Below, in pieces: positions 9,196 through 19,139 of a stretch of 64,000 bases of DNA. The notes under the pieces are model-generated. The model was given only the letters and a program-made list of their open reading frames with translations, was not told the DNA's origin and ran no database searches. Made by a program: the position numbers and the translations under genes. Position 1 is the stretch's first letter; each line of letters begins with the position of its first letter. The stretch is from Symbiobacterium sp. (GTDB lineage Bacteria; Bacillota; Sulfobacillia; UBA995; UBA9673), in NCBI GenBank assembly GCA_020725405.1, contig DYFB01000093.1, positions 3,183-67,182 on the forward strand. The letters are read 5' to 3'.

Positions 9196-10866
9196 ATGCT
9201 TTCCATCGTCGATCTTGTCCCCCACCGACTCGCGGCGGTCCGCCGGCGGTTCACGGCGCGCGCCCTGGCCGCTCTCTTGGTCGTGTCGCTTGCCCTGGCC
9301 CTGCTCGGGACGGCCGCCCTAGGAGCCGGACGGACCGACCGTCCGGCCGCAGGGGTCGACCTTGCCGGCTGGGCCGTTCTCGACGCGGCCCCCGGATGGT
9401 CTCTGGCCTCGGCCGGCGAGACGGCCGGCGGCGCGGCCGGCCCCGTGCCGCCCGCGCTCCCACCGGCCGCCACGGAGGCCGCGAGGGGCCTCCTCACCGA
9501 GGCCTTCGACCTCATCTCCGCGTACTCCCTCCGGACTCCTGACCCCGATGCCCTGGCCAAGGCGGCCATCGAGGGGATGCTCCGCTCCCTCGGGGACCGC
9601 CAGGCCTCCTACTACACGCCCTCCGACTTCGCCCGCTTCATGGCCGAGGTCTCGGGCCGCTACGGGGGTATAGGGGCGAGAGTGGCCATCGAGAATGGCG
9701 CCGTAGTCATCGTCAACACCATCCCGGGGAGCCCGGCCGAGCGGGTCGGGCTTCTCCCCGGCGACACCATCCTGGCCGTGGACGGCCGGAAGACCCAGGG
9801 CCTGGCCCTCGAGGCCGTGGCCGATCTCATCCGCGGGGACCCGGGGACGACGGTGATCCTGACCATCGCCCGTCTCGGCCTCGGCGTCATCCTGGTCGAG
9901 GTGGTCCGGGACGTCATCGAGCTCATCTCGGTCGAGAGCGGGATGCTCGACGACCGGGTGGGCTACATGCGCATCCTGTCCTTCGACGACAACACCGGCC
10001 GGGAGGTTCGGGCCGCCCTGGCCGCCCTGACCGCGGCCGGCATGGAAGGGCTCGTCCTGGACCTGCGCGACAACCCCGGGGGCTACCTCGGGGAGGTCCT
10101 GGCGGTGGCCGAGAACTTCGTTCCCGTCGGGAACCCCGTGGTCTACGTCGACCGCGGGGCTCGGGGCCTCCAGGCCCTTCGCTCCTATGGCTGGGCTCTC
10201 GACCCCATGGGACCCCTTCCCGAGCCGGTCCACCCCCAGTGGCCGGGGCCGACGGTGGTCCTCGTCAACGGCCGGTCAGCGAGCGGGGCGGAGATTCTCG
10301 CCGGAGCCCTGCAGGACTGGAACCTCGCCGTCCTCGTCGGGAGCCAGACCTACGGCAAGGGGTCCGTCCAGACGATCTTCGAGCTCAACAACCACGGCGG
10401 GCTCAGGATTACCACGGCCTGCTACACCTCGGCTCGGGGCCGGGCTATCGAGGGGGTGGGCCTGACCCCTGACGTGATCGTGGAGGAGCCCCCGCCGCCG
10501 GAGCCGATCTTCCAGCTCATCCTTCTCCCCACCCGGTGGACCTACCGGGTGGGGCACGCGGGGAGCGACGTCCTCCTCCTCCAGGCCCGGCTGAGGCAGC
10601 TCGGCTATGATGCGGGACCGGAGGACGGCGTTTTCGGAAAGGAGACCGAGGCCGCGCTCAAGGCCTTCGAGCGCCGGGCCGGGCTCGTCGTTGACGGCGT
10701 CGCCGACCCCGCCACGTGCCGGGCCCTCAACACCGCGCGGCTCCAGGACCATCCGGGCGGGGAGAGCGCGAGCCCGCCCGGGACTCCGGGAGGGGCCCCG
10801 CCGGCCGACCCCGTGCTCGATAGGGGTCTCGAGGTCCTCCGCGGCCTCCTCGGCGGCGGCTCGTAG
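9196..10866 (+). CDS. ctpA: Carboxyl-terminal processing protease (S41 family) with PDZ and a C-terminal peptidoglycan-binding domain
   Basis: PDZ region IPGSPAERVGLLPGDTILAVDG. S41 catalytic region NGRSASGAEILAGALQD..GSQTYGKGSVQT. PG_binding_1-like LLLQARLRQLGYDAGPEDGVFGKETEAALKAFE. SD aggaaggag upstream. Confidence 0.9.
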   Translation: MLSIVDLVPHRLAAVRRRFTARALAALLVVSLALALLGTAALGAGRTDRPAAGVDLAGWAVLDAAPGWSLASAGETAGGAAGPVPPALPPAATEAARGLLTEAFDLISAYSLRTPDPDALAKAAIEGMLRSLGDRQASYYTPSDFARFMAEVSGRYGGIGARVAIENGAVVIVNTIPGSPAERVGLLPGDTILAVDGRKTQGLALEAVADLIRGDPGTTVILTIARLGLGVILVEVVRDVIELISVESGMLDDRVGYMRILSFDDNTGREVRAALAALTAAGMEGLVLDLRDNPGGYLGEVLAVAENFVPVGNPVVYVDRGARGLQALRSYGWALDPMGPLPEPVHPQWPGPTVVLVNGRSASGAEILAGALQDWNLAVLVGSQTYGKGSVQTIFELNNHGGLRITTACYTSARGRAIEGVGLTPDVIVEEPPPPEPIFQLILLPTRWTYRVGHAGSDVLLLQARLRQLGYDAGPEDGVFGKETEAALKAFERRAGLVVDGVADPATCRALNTARLQDHPGGESASPPGTPGGAPPADPVLDRGLEVLRGLLGGGS

Positions 10867-10889
10867 GGCCCGAGCCGGGGGGAGGAACT

Positions 10890-12125
10890 GTGGCCGGACC
10901 ATCTGAGCGGCTCGCCGTCCTGACCGTCGTGGCCAACCGGTCGTACGGGGGAGCTGAGCGGCACATCGTCGACCTCTCGGGCGAGCTCGTCGCACGGGGA
11001 CACCGGGTGGGGTGCCTTTTCCCGAGCTCCACGGGCATAGGCGCCATTCTCGACCCCGGGGTGGAGCCCTTCGAAGTGCGTGAGCTCCGGCCTCCTTATC
11101 GCTTCACGGCCGAGTTCCCCAAGGTCATCCGGGCCTTCGGTCCGGACGTCGTCCACCTCCACAGCCCGAGGGCGACCTTCCTGGGCCGGCTGGTCCTCGG
11201 GGCCCTCCCCCGCCGAGCGGGGCGGCCGGCTATCGTCTCCACTGCCCACGGTTGGATACCACGGCGCCTGGCCCTTCGGCCCCTCTACGAGGCGGCCTAC
11301 CTCCTCACGGCCCGCCTCGACGACGTGACCATCGCCGTCTCGCGCGATACGGCCCGGCGCTTCGGACGCTGGGCTCCGCGCCTCAGGACGGTTCCGAACG
11401 GGATAACCCGCGGGGCCGCACTCGGTGAGTACACGGCCTCGCCCGAACGGGGAGTGGTGCGCCTGGGCTTCGTCGGGCGCATCACTCAGGAGAAGGGCTT
11501 TCCTATGGCCCTCGCCGCGTGGGCGGCGGCCCGGGATATCCTGGCGGTCGGAGCCGCGGCCGCTCGTCCCCGGGGCGGGGCGGGTGGCGGCGGATCGCTC
11601 GATGTGGAGCTCCACGTCTATGGTGACGGGCCGCTCTACCGGCAGGCCCGCCGGGCGGCGGCCCGGCTGGCCCGGAGGGGCGCCGGGCGGCGCCACGGCC
11701 GCCCGGTGGCGGCGAGCGGCGGCGTGCACTTCCACGGGTGGGTTCCCCCGGCCGAAATGCCGCGCGTCCTGTCCGGCCTGACGGCGCTCCTCCTCACCTC
11801 TCGCGAGGAGGGTTTGCCCTACGTGGCTCTCGAAGCCATGACCGCCGGCTGCCCGGTGATAGCCACCGCGGTCGGAGGCCTCCCGGAGCTCATCGAGGAC
11901 GGGCGGACGGGCTGGCTCATCCCTCCCGGCGACGCGGAGCGTGCGGCCGAGCTCATCGTCACCCTGGCCACTCGCCCGGACCTCGCCGGGAAGGTCAGGC
12001 GGGCGGCCTGGGAGCGGACGAGGGCTTACTCGGTAGAGGCCATGGTGGACGGAGTCGAAGAGGCCTACCGTCTGGCTCTCCGGCGGCGAGAGGAGGTGCC
12101 GCACAATCAGCGCGGCGCGTCCTGA
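10890..12125 (+). CDS. Glycosyltransferase family 4 (GT-B, retaining)
   Basis: C-terminal GT4 motif EGLPYVALEAMTAGCPVIATAVGGLPELIEDGRTGWLIPPGD. SD gggaggaa before the GTG. Confidence 0.85.
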   Translation: MAGPSERLAVLTVVANRSYGGAERHIVDLSGELVARGHRVGCLFPSSTGIGAILDPGVEPFEVRELRPPYRFTAEFPKVIRAFGPDVVHLHSPRATFLGRLVLGALPRRAGRPAIVSTAHGWIPRRLALRPLYEAAYLLTARLDDVTIAVSRDTARRFGRWAPRLRTVPNGITRGAALGEYTASPERGVVRLGFVGRITQEKGFPMALAAWAAARDILAVGAAAARPRGGAGGGGSLDVELHVYGDGPLYRQARRAAARLARRGAGRRHGRPVAASGGVHFHGWVPPAEMPRVLSGLTALLLTSREEGLPYVALEAMTAGCPVIATAVGGLPELIEDGRTGWLIPPGDAERAAELIVTLATRPDLAGKVRRAAWERTRAYSVEAMVDGVEEAYRLALRRREEVPHNQRGAS

Positions 12126-12210
12126 CGGCTCGAACACTGCGGCAACCGGGGCCCGGCCGGGGCGCCCGGGCCGAGGCCGCCAGGCCAGGGGCTGGCAGGG
12201 GCTCTTCCTC

Positions 12211-13650
12211 TTGGCCGTGGCCCTGGGCGATCTCGCCACCATCCACGCGGGCTTCCTCACCGCCTTCGTCCTTCGGTTCCACGGGACCCTCCCGGTGGCG
12301 AACTTCAAGGCCTACCTGCGCTCGGCCCCGGGCCTGACCCTTCTGGCCCTGGTCCTCCTCCTCTCCTACGGCCTTTACGACCTCCGCCCCCGGAGCTGGA
12401 GAACGGCGGCCTCCGGCGTGGTTGCGGCCGTCACTCTGCTCACGGCTTTCGGCATGGCCCTGAGCTTCGTCCTCCGGGCCTTCGCCGTCCCGCGAAGCGT
12501 CTTCCTCCTGGCTTGGGTGCTCAACATCCTGCTCCTCCTGGCCTGGCGCAACGGGGTCTGGCGGCTGGCCGTCCGGTCCTGGGGCCCCGAGGGGGCGGTG
12601 GTCGTCGGCCCGGCCGGCGAGGCCGAGGAGTTCGCCCAGAGGTTCTCCGCACCGCGGCGGACCGGCTACCAGGTGACGGCCGTGACCCTGACCGAGAGTC
12701 GGGAGGGACCCCTCCCGTGGTTCCCGGACGCAGCGGCCGCCCTGGATGAGGACGAAGGGGTCGGTCGGCCGGTCGACGCGGCCGGTTTCAGGGCGAGCGG
12801 CGGCCTCCCCGTCTATCCCCTGGCCGCCCTGCCCGCCCTCCTCCGCGGAGAGGCTGGAGGGCCGCCACCTGACGTCCTGGTCGTCACCCCGTCGACGGCC
12901 GGAGAGGACAAGGCCAGGGTCGCCGCGCTGGCCGCGCTCGCCGGGGCCAGACTCCTCATCGTCCCGAGCTACCGCGACCTTCTCGTCCTTGACACGAGGA
13001 TGACGCAGATAGACGACACCCTGGCCTTCGAGGTCGGGCCTTCCGGGATCCCGGCCCACCTTGCCTGGGCCAAGCGCCTGATGGATATCGGCTTCGCCCT
13101 CGCCGGTCTCGCTCTGACCCTTCCCCTCTATCCCCTGGTGGCCGCGGCGGTGGCGCTCTCCTCGCCCGGACCGGTCTTCTACCGCCAGGCGCGGGTGGGT
13201 CTCGGGGGCCGCGTCTACACGATGTGGAAGTTCCGGACCATGGTGGCCGACGCCGAGGCCGCGACAGGCGCGGTCCTGGCCAAGGCCGATGACCCCCGGG
13301 TCACCCCGGTCGGCCGGGTGCTCCGTCGGTTCCGCCTCGATGAGCTCCCGCAGCTCCTGAACGTCCTGGCCGGATCCATGTCCGTCGTCGGGCCCCGACC
13401 CGAGCGCCCGGAGTTCGCCCGGGAGTACGCCCGGATGGTGCCCTATTACGAACACCGGCATCATCTAAAGCCCGGCCTTACCGGGCTCGCCCAGCTCTCG
13501 GTCAGGTACGACACTCCGGTCGAGGAGAAGCTGCGCTACGACCTCCTCTACGCTAAACGCTACTCCCTGCTCCTCGACCTCAGGATAATCTTCTTGACGG
13601 CCAAGGTTGTCCTCATGGGGGAGGAGGCCCATTGGACTCCGGAGAGCTAG
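12211..13650 (+). CDS. Undecaprenyl-phosphate hexose-1-phosphate transferase (WbaP/WsaP-like priming polyprenyl glycosylphosphotransferase)
   Basis: N-terminal TM block. Bac_transf catalytic domain FYRQARVGLGGRVYTMWKFRTMVADAE...RVLRRFRLDELPQLLNVLAGSMSVVGPRPERPEF. Confidence 0.9.
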   Translation: MAVALGDLATIHAGFLTAFVLRFHGTLPVANFKAYLRSAPGLTLLALVLLLSYGLYDLRPRSWRTAASGVVAAVTLLTAFGMALSFVLRAFAVPRSVFLLAWVLNILLLLAWRNGVWRLAVRSWGPEGAVVVGPAGEAEEFAQRFSAPRRTGYQVTAVTLTESREGPLPWFPDAAAALDEDEGVGRPVDAAGFRASGGLPVYPLAALPALLRGEAGGPPPDVLVVTPSTAGEDKARVAALAALAGARLLIVPSYRDLLVLDTRMTQIDDTLAFEVGPSGIPAHLAWAKRLMDIGFALAGLALTLPLYPLVAAAVALSSPGPVFYRQARVGLGGRVYTMWKFRTMVADAEAATGAVLAKADDPRVTPVGRVLRRFRLDELPQLLNVLAGSMSVVGPRPERPEFAREYARMVPYYEHRHHLKPGLTGLAQLSVRYDTPVEEKLRYDLLYAKRYSLLLDLRIIFLTAKVVLMGEEAHWTPES

Positions 13651-15212
13651 CGGTCCTTCCCGAAGATGGAGATAAGCGAGCCGGTCCGGGGAGAGACCGG
13701 GGTCCTGCCCCCGGTACCTCTGTCTACATTCTCGTCACCGCTCCGGCGGCCCTCGCCTATCTCCTGCCGTGGGAACTCCTACCTCCGGAGGCCCACGCCG
13801 CGCTCCTGGCGGCCACAGCCGGTCTGACGCTGCTCCTTGCCGGACGCGACCTCGCTCTGGCTTTCTACCATGCTTTTCTCTGGTCCGGCCTCGTCTCGGT
13901 CGAGCCGGCCCCGGTCGACGTCATCTGGATCGTTCTCGGGCTCCACATGCTGCTCAGCCCGGGCTCGCGGCGGTGCCTGGCGCGAGGCTGGCGGACCCCG
14001 CTGGCCGGTCTTACCCTCGGCCTCGGGGTGATCGGCTTCGCTTCCGTGCCCGGGGCCGCCGACACCGGCCGGGCTCTCTTCTTCCAGGGGGTCACCTTCT
14101 ACCTCTCCTTGGTCGCGGTGTGGTTCATGGCCTCGTTCCGGGCGGCCGACCTGCGAAGGGCAGCCATTCTGGGCTGGGCGGGAGCGGCCCTCTTGGGAGG
14201 CCTCACCGGCATCGCCGGCTCGCTGGGTGGGGGCGACTACCGTACGGCCTTCTACCTCTACGACCGCCTCAAGGCGACGTTCAAGGACCCCAACTGCTTC
14301 GCGAGCTTCACGGCCTTCCCGTTGCTCCTTGCCCTCTACGAGGAGGTTTTCGCCGGCCGGCGGGTGAGCGCCACCGACGGGCCCGCCCGGCCCACCCCGG
14401 AAAGGCCCGTTTTCGGCCGCTGGGCGACACCCCTCGGCGCGGTCTGGCTCGCCGCCATCGGAGTGGCCATGTCCCGGGGCACCTGGCTCGGCCTTGTGCC
14501 CGCCGGGGCGGCCGGGCTTCTCGTTCAAGTCCGACCGCCAGGAATTGACCGGGGCCCCCGGGACGGGCCCGCGGAGGGGGCGGCGAAGGCCGGCAAGGCC
14601 TCCGGGCGGGGCGAGATCCCCCGCCGGGCGATCCGGCTCCTCACCGCGCTCCTTGTCAGCCTCCTCATCCTAGGCGTTGCCGGGGTCGCCCCGGCCATCC
14701 TCCAGCGCCTCGAGCTTAAGCCCTACGACGCCAAGCGCTGGAGCGGACAGGCCCAGGGCCTCGCCCTGTGGGTTGAGCGGCTGGCGGATCTGGAGGGCGA
14801 ACCTTTCACGGGCATCGGACCGGGGCACTACGAGGTGCGCTTTCGCTATGCCGCCCACAACATCTTTCTCCGGGCGGCCCTCGAGACGGGTACGGTCGCT
14901 CTCCTCCTTCTCCTCGGTCTCTACGCGGTGGCCCTGAGCCGGGTCGGACAGGTAATCCGGGGCGCGGTGGCCGGCTCCGCCGGAAAGGCCGCCTGGACCG
15001 ACGGGTCCGCCCCGGCCGAGCGACCCCTGGCCACGGCCGTCTTCGCCTATCTAGTGTTCACCGCGCTCTACGGCCTGGTCATCGATACTCTTCACTGGCG
15101 CCATCTCTGGATGGCCCTGGGCCTGGCCGGCTCCCTCGCCGCGGAGGGCGGCCCGGGCTGCGCGTCGAAAGCGGTGGGGGCTTCGGGGGAAGGGGGAGAC
15201 CATGACGAGTAG
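13632..15212 (+). CDS. Second O-antigen ligase / Wzy_C-family membrane protein (candidate glycan polymerase or ligase)
   Basis: Polytopic. Motifs GVAMSRGTWLGLVPAG and YAAHNIFLRAALETGTVALLLLLGLYAVAL. The start overlaps the end of the priming transferase. Confidence 0.7.
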   Translation: MDSGELAVLPEDGDKRAGPGRDRGPAPGTSVYILVTAPAALAYLLPWELLPPEAHAALLAATAGLTLLLAGRDLALAFYHAFLWSGLVSVEPAPVDVIWIVLGLHMLLSPGSRRCLARGWRTPLAGLTLGLGVIGFASVPGAADTGRALFFQGVTFYLSLVAVWFMASFRAADLRRAAILGWAGAALLGGLTGIAGSLGGGDYRTAFYLYDRLKATFKDPNCFASFTAFPLLLALYEEVFAGRRVSATDGPARPTPERPVFGRWATPLGAVWLAAIGVAMSRGTWLGLVPAGAAGLLVQVRPPGIDRGPRDGPAEGAAKAGKASGRGEIPRRAIRLLTALLVSLLILGVAGVAPAILQRLELKPYDAKRWSGQAQGLALWVERLADLEGEPFTGIGPGHYEVRFRYAAHNIFLRAALETGTVALLLLLGLYAVALSRVGQVIRGAVAGSAGKAAWTDGSAPAERPLATAVFAYLVFTALYGLVIDTLHWRHLWMALGLAGSLAAEGGPGCASKAVGASGEGGDHDE

Positions 15213-16122
15213 ACAGCGCCGCGCCATCGTGACCGGCGGCAAGGGCTTCATCGGCTCGCACCTCGTCGACCGCCTCGAGACCGAGGGCTGGCGGGTCCTG
15301 GTCATCGATAACCGCCTCGGGGAGCCTGAAAACGACGTGACGTCCGTGGCGGCCCAGAGGGCCGCGGCGGCCTTCCGGCCCGATCTGCTGGTCCACGCCG
15401 CCGCCCAGACGAAGGTCCTCTCCAGCATCCTCGACCCGGCCCGGGACGCCGAGTCCAACGTGATCGGAACTATCCGCATGCTCGAGGCGGCCCGGGAGGC
15501 GGGGTCCACCCGGTTCATCTTTCTCTCCTCGGCCGCCGTCTACGGAAACCCGGTCCGCCTTCCGGTCGGCGAGGACCACCCGCGCGGCCCGCTCTGCCCC
15601 TACGGGCTAAGCAAGCTCGCGGCCATGACCTATGTCGACCACTACCGGGTCCACCGGAATCTTCCGGCCGTGACCCTCATTCCGGCTAACGTCTACGGAC
15701 CTCGCCAGGAGACCGGCACCGACGGAGCGGTGGTCAGCTCGTTCATGTCGAGCGTGATCCGTGGCGACCCGCTTCCGGTCGAGGGTGACGGCGGGCAGAC
15801 GCGCGACTTCGTCTACATCGGGGACCTCGTCGAGGCCGTTTGGCTCGCCTGGCTGCGCCTCGATGCCGACCCGACCGGCTTGGAGTCCTGCCTCAATATC
15901 GGCACGGGCCTGGAGACGTCCATCTCCGACCTCGCCGCTCTGGTCGAGGAAGTGGCCGGGCGGAAGACCGGGCGGGTCGAGCGGCCGGCCCGGCCCGGCG
16001 ACATCCGCCGAAGCTGTCTTGCCGGGGAACTCGCTCGCCGGTCCCTCGGCTGGTCGCCGCGCCTGGACCTGCGGGCCGGCCTCGAGCTCACGTTCAACTG
16101 GTGGTCGCACCTCTCGGCCTGA
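15202..16122 (+). CDS. NAD-dependent nucleotide-sugar epimerase/dehydratase (short-chain dehydrogenase/reductase fold)
   Basis: N-terminal Rossmann motif IVTGGKGFIGSHLVDRL. Has the YxxxK region. SD gggggag before the ATG, which overlaps the previous stop. Confidence 0.85.
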   Translation: MTSRQRRAIVTGGKGFIGSHLVDRLETEGWRVLVIDNRLGEPENDVTSVAAQRAAAAFRPDLLVHAAAQTKVLSSILDPARDAESNVIGTIRMLEAAREAGSTRFIFLSSAAVYGNPVRLPVGEDHPRGPLCPYGLSKLAAMTYVDHYRVHRNLPAVTLIPANVYGPRQETGTDGAVVSSFMSSVIRGDPLPVEGDGGQTRDFVYIGDLVEAVWLAWLRLDADPTGLESCLNIGTGLETSISDLAALVEEVAGRKTGRVERPARPGDIRRSCLAGELARRSLGWSPRLDLRAGLELTFNWWSHLSA

Positions 16123-16194
16123 CGACCCGGCCGCGCTCGCTTCACCAGACCTACACCGGAGGAGTTCGCTCCGGACGCGCCGAATAATCGGCCC

Positions 16195-17538
16195 ATGTTC
16201 TCACCGGCGCTCCGGCGCACGATCCTCGTCTCCGCCGTCATCGTCCTGTCCGCGGCCGTCCTCCTGGCGGGATGCCCTCTGCGCCTCGCCCGGCCCGGGG
16301 TCACCATCATCCTCTGGGATGGGCCCCGCTGGGCCGACGAGTCGGGCAATCGCTACCACTGGGTCCAGAGGAAGATAGCCGAGTTCGAGTCGAGGCACCC
16401 GTTCGTCGAGGTCGTCTTCGTCCCCGTCGAGTGGTGGAACCTACGAGAGATGCTCGATGCGGCCAAGGAGGCCGGGCGGCTCCCCGACCTTGCCCCCTTC
16501 GATCTCAGCGCCGGAGGCATCAGCCTGGCCGAAGTGGAGGAGGGGCTTCTCGAGCCGGTCGAAGGGGTCATCGCCCGGCCCGGCGACCTCTCCGAGCAGG
16601 CCCTGGCGGCCTACGCCTACGGCGACCACCTCTGGGGCTTCCCGCTGAGCATGACCGGTCACGCCCTCCTCCTGAACCTCGACCTCTTCGCCGAGCGCGG
16701 GGTCGAGCCGCCGCCCGACGGGCGGTGGACCTGGGCTGAGTTCACCGAGACCTGCCGCCGGCTGACCTTCGACCGGGACGGCGACAAGGCGACCGACGTC
16801 TGGGGCTTCGCGGCCTACGTCCTGCCGGGCTACTACGAGATCTGGCCGTTCCTCTACGCGGCCGGCGCCAGGCCGCTATCGAGCGACCTCGAGACCTTCA
16901 CCTTCGACACGGAGGCCTCGCTCTCGGCCCTTCGAAAGCTGGTGGACCTCGTCTTCGCCCACAAGGCGGCCCATCCGATGACCGGAAGCGCGGCTGTGCG
17001 CAGCGTCTTCCAGCTCTTCGCCGACGTCGAGCGCCAGGAAGTGGCCATCGAGCCCTGGTCAGCCTGGGCCATTGACTACCTGTACTCGGAGGAGGGGACC
17101 ATCAAGAACTTCGCCGTGGCCGACTACCCCTACGACGGGCCAGGGTCGCCGGTGGGCGTGGGAGGTACAGCCGGTTTTGTCGTCTTCCGCCAGGACGATG
17201 CCCACAAACGGAACCTTGTCGTGTCTCTCGCCAACTACCTGACCGACACCGTCGCCCAGTACGAGCTGGCCCGCGGCTACCGGGTCTTCCCCGCCCGGCG
17301 GAGCGCCCTCGACCTCGATCCCTTCGGCGGTGACCCGGTCTACCGCCGGGCCGCCGAAATCGCTTTCCGCTCCGAGAGCCTGCCCAGGCATCCCCGCTGG
17401 CCGGAGATTGAACGGGTCATCCAGAAGGAACTCCAGCTCGCCCTCCTCGGCATCAAGACTCCGGAGAAAGCTCTCGAGGACGCCCGGGCCGCAGTCGAGC
17501 CTCTTCTGCCCCTTCTCGACTCCCCGCCGGGGGACTAG
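16195..17538 (+). CDS. Extracellular solute-binding protein, ABC sugar-type (family 1), lipoprotein-like; no cognate permeases nearby
   Basis: Signal/lipobox ...LLAGCP. SBP_bac_1-like N-terminus ILWDGPRW...VEVVFVPVEWWNLREMLDAAKEAGRLPDLA. Confidence 0.75.
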   Translation: MFSPALRRTILVSAVIVLSAAVLLAGCPLRLARPGVTIILWDGPRWADESGNRYHWVQRKIAEFESRHPFVEVVFVPVEWWNLREMLDAAKEAGRLPDLAPFDLSAGGISLAEVEEGLLEPVEGVIARPGDLSEQALAAYAYGDHLWGFPLSMTGHALLLNLDLFAERGVEPPPDGRWTWAEFTETCRRLTFDRDGDKATDVWGFAAYVLPGYYEIWPFLYAAGARPLSSDLETFTFDTEASLSALRKLVDLVFAHKAAHPMTGSAAVRSVFQLFADVERQEVAIEPWSAWAIDYLYSEEGTIKNFAVADYPYDGPGSPVGVGGTAGFVVFRQDDAHKRNLVVSLANYLTDTVAQYELARGYRVFPARRSALDLDPFGGDPVYRRAAEIAFRSESLPRHPRWPEIERVIQKELQLALLGIKTPEKALEDARAAVEPLLPLLDSPPGD

Positions 17539-18980
17539 AGGTCGGGCATCTCCAGACCGCTCTCCGCCCGGAGGCGGCCGAGGACCGAGCTCACCTCGCC
17601 CTTGAGCCGTTCGAGGCCCTCCTCGGTCGTCGCTTCACACCTGACGACCAGGGCCGGTTGGGTGTTCGACGCCCTGACCAGCACCCAGCCCTCAGGGAAG
17701 AGGACCCGGGCGCCGTCCACGGCGATGACCTCCCGGCCAGCCCGGGTGAAATGCTCCCTGACCTTGTCGACGACGTCGAATTTCGTCTCGTCCGGGCAGT
17801 CAACCCGAATCTCGGGGGTCGAGAAGTAGCGGGGGCGGTCGGCGAGGAGAGTCGATAGCGGCTCGTCGGCGGAGGCGAGGATACGGAGAAGCCGGGCCCC
17901 GGCGTAGATGGCGTCGTCGAAGCCGTAGTACTCGTCGGCGAAGAAGAGGTGGCCGGACATCTCCCCGGCGAAGAGCGCTCCGAGCTCTCGCATCTTGGCC
18001 TTGATGAGGGAGTGGCCGGTGCGGTAGAAGAGCGGATCCCCGCCCAGGCGGCGGACCTCGTCGACCAGGGCCTGTGAACACTTGACCTCGATGATGGCCC
18101 TGGCCCCCGGGTGCCGGGGCAGGATCTCCCGCCAGAAGAGAATCATCAGAACATCGCCCCAGAGAATCTCGCCCGCGTCGTCGACGACCCCGAGCCGGTC
18201 GGCGTCGCCGTCGAAGGCCAGGCCGACGTCGGCCCGCCTCTCGCGGACCACTCGTCTCAGCTCAGACAGGTTCTCCGGCTTGACCGGGTCGGGCCAGTGT
18301 CCCGGGAAATCGGCGTCAAGCTCGCACCACAGGGGCACGATCTCACAGCCGAGGTCCCGGTAGAGGGCCGGGGCGACGACCGAGGCGGCGCCGCTGCCGC
18401 AATCGACGGCGACCCGCAGAGGCCGTTCGCGGCGGGCCAGGCGGACGCGCTCCCGGATGTCGGCGGCATAGTCCGGGAGGGGGTCCAGCCGGTGATGAGC
18501 CTCGATGTCCTCCGGCCCGCCGGCCCCGGCGTTTTCCGGGGAGGGCCCCCGCCTCTTCTCGAGAGCGGCCGCGCGCCGACCTATCTCCCGGATGTCCTCG
18601 CCGTAGAGTGTCCCTGGCCCGAAGGCGAGCTTGAACCCGTTATAGGCCGCCTCGTTGTGACTCCCCGTGACCATGACCCCGGGGTCGAGGTTGTAGCGGA
18701 CGCGGGCGAAGTAGAAGACGGGGGTAGGAACGACGCCGAGGTCGGTGACCTCCCAGCCGGACTCGCGGAAGCCGCGGGCGATCCCGGCGGCGAGCTCCGG
18801 CGAGGACCGCCGGTTGTCGCGCCCGAGGACCATCCGCCGGGGTGCCGTGGCCGGTAGTCGCTCCTCGAGCCACCCGGCGAAGGCCCGGGCGATGAGCCGG
18901 GCCGTACCGCTCGTGAGCTCCGTTCCAGCCCTGCCTCTGATGTCGTACTCCCGGAAGATTCCGGGAGAGATCTCGGTCAC
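17535..18980 (-). CDS. Phosphomannomutase/phosphoglucomutase
   Basis: Active-site loop VMVTGSHNEAAYNGFKL. Overall PGM/PMM four-domain colinearity. I chose the start at the GTG supported by SD ggggagg (VTEISPGIFREYDIRG). The longer ORF-track N-terminus lacks an SD. Confidence 0.9.
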   Translation of the reverse strand: MTEISPGIFREYDIRGRAGTELTSGTARLIARAFAGWLEERLPATAPRRMVLGRDNRRSSPELAAGIARGFRESGWEVTDLGVVPTPVFYFARVRYNLDPGVMVTGSHNEAAYNGFKLAFGPGTLYGEDIREIGRRAAALEKRRGPSPENAGAGGPEDIEAHHRLDPLPDYAADIRERVRLARRERPLRVAVDCGSGAASVVAPALYRDLGCEIVPLWCELDADFPGHWPDPVKPENLSELRRVVRERRADVGLAFDGDADRLGVVDDAGEILWGDVLMILFWREILPRHPGARAIIEVKCSQALVDEVRRLGGDPLFYRTGHSLIKAKMRELGALFAGEMSGHLFFADEYYGFDDAIYAGARLLRILASADEPLSTLLADRPRYFSTPEIRVDCPDETKFDVVDKVREHFTRAGREVIAVDGARVLFPEGWVLVRASNTQPALVVRCEATTEEGLERLKGEVSSVLGRLRAESGLEMPDL

Positions 18981-19139
18981 GGGCGTTGACCTCCCCTGTG
19001 GGCCGGCCGGGAGGACGGCCCGCGCCGCGCACGGCCGGGCCGGACCTGACCCGCGCCTATAATGCCCCCTGACCTGCGGCGAGAACACGGGCCCTGCCCG
19101 GACCCGGGTCCGCACCACCCGGCCGTCGGCCTGAAGGAA

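Noticed and set aside
17535-19118. Longer PMM model with a 46-aa N-terminal extension (ORF-track start at 19118).
   Set aside because: The extension is Arg/Pro-rich with no SD. An in-frame GTG with a good SD (ggggagg) sits exactly where the conserved PGM/PMM N-terminus begins.
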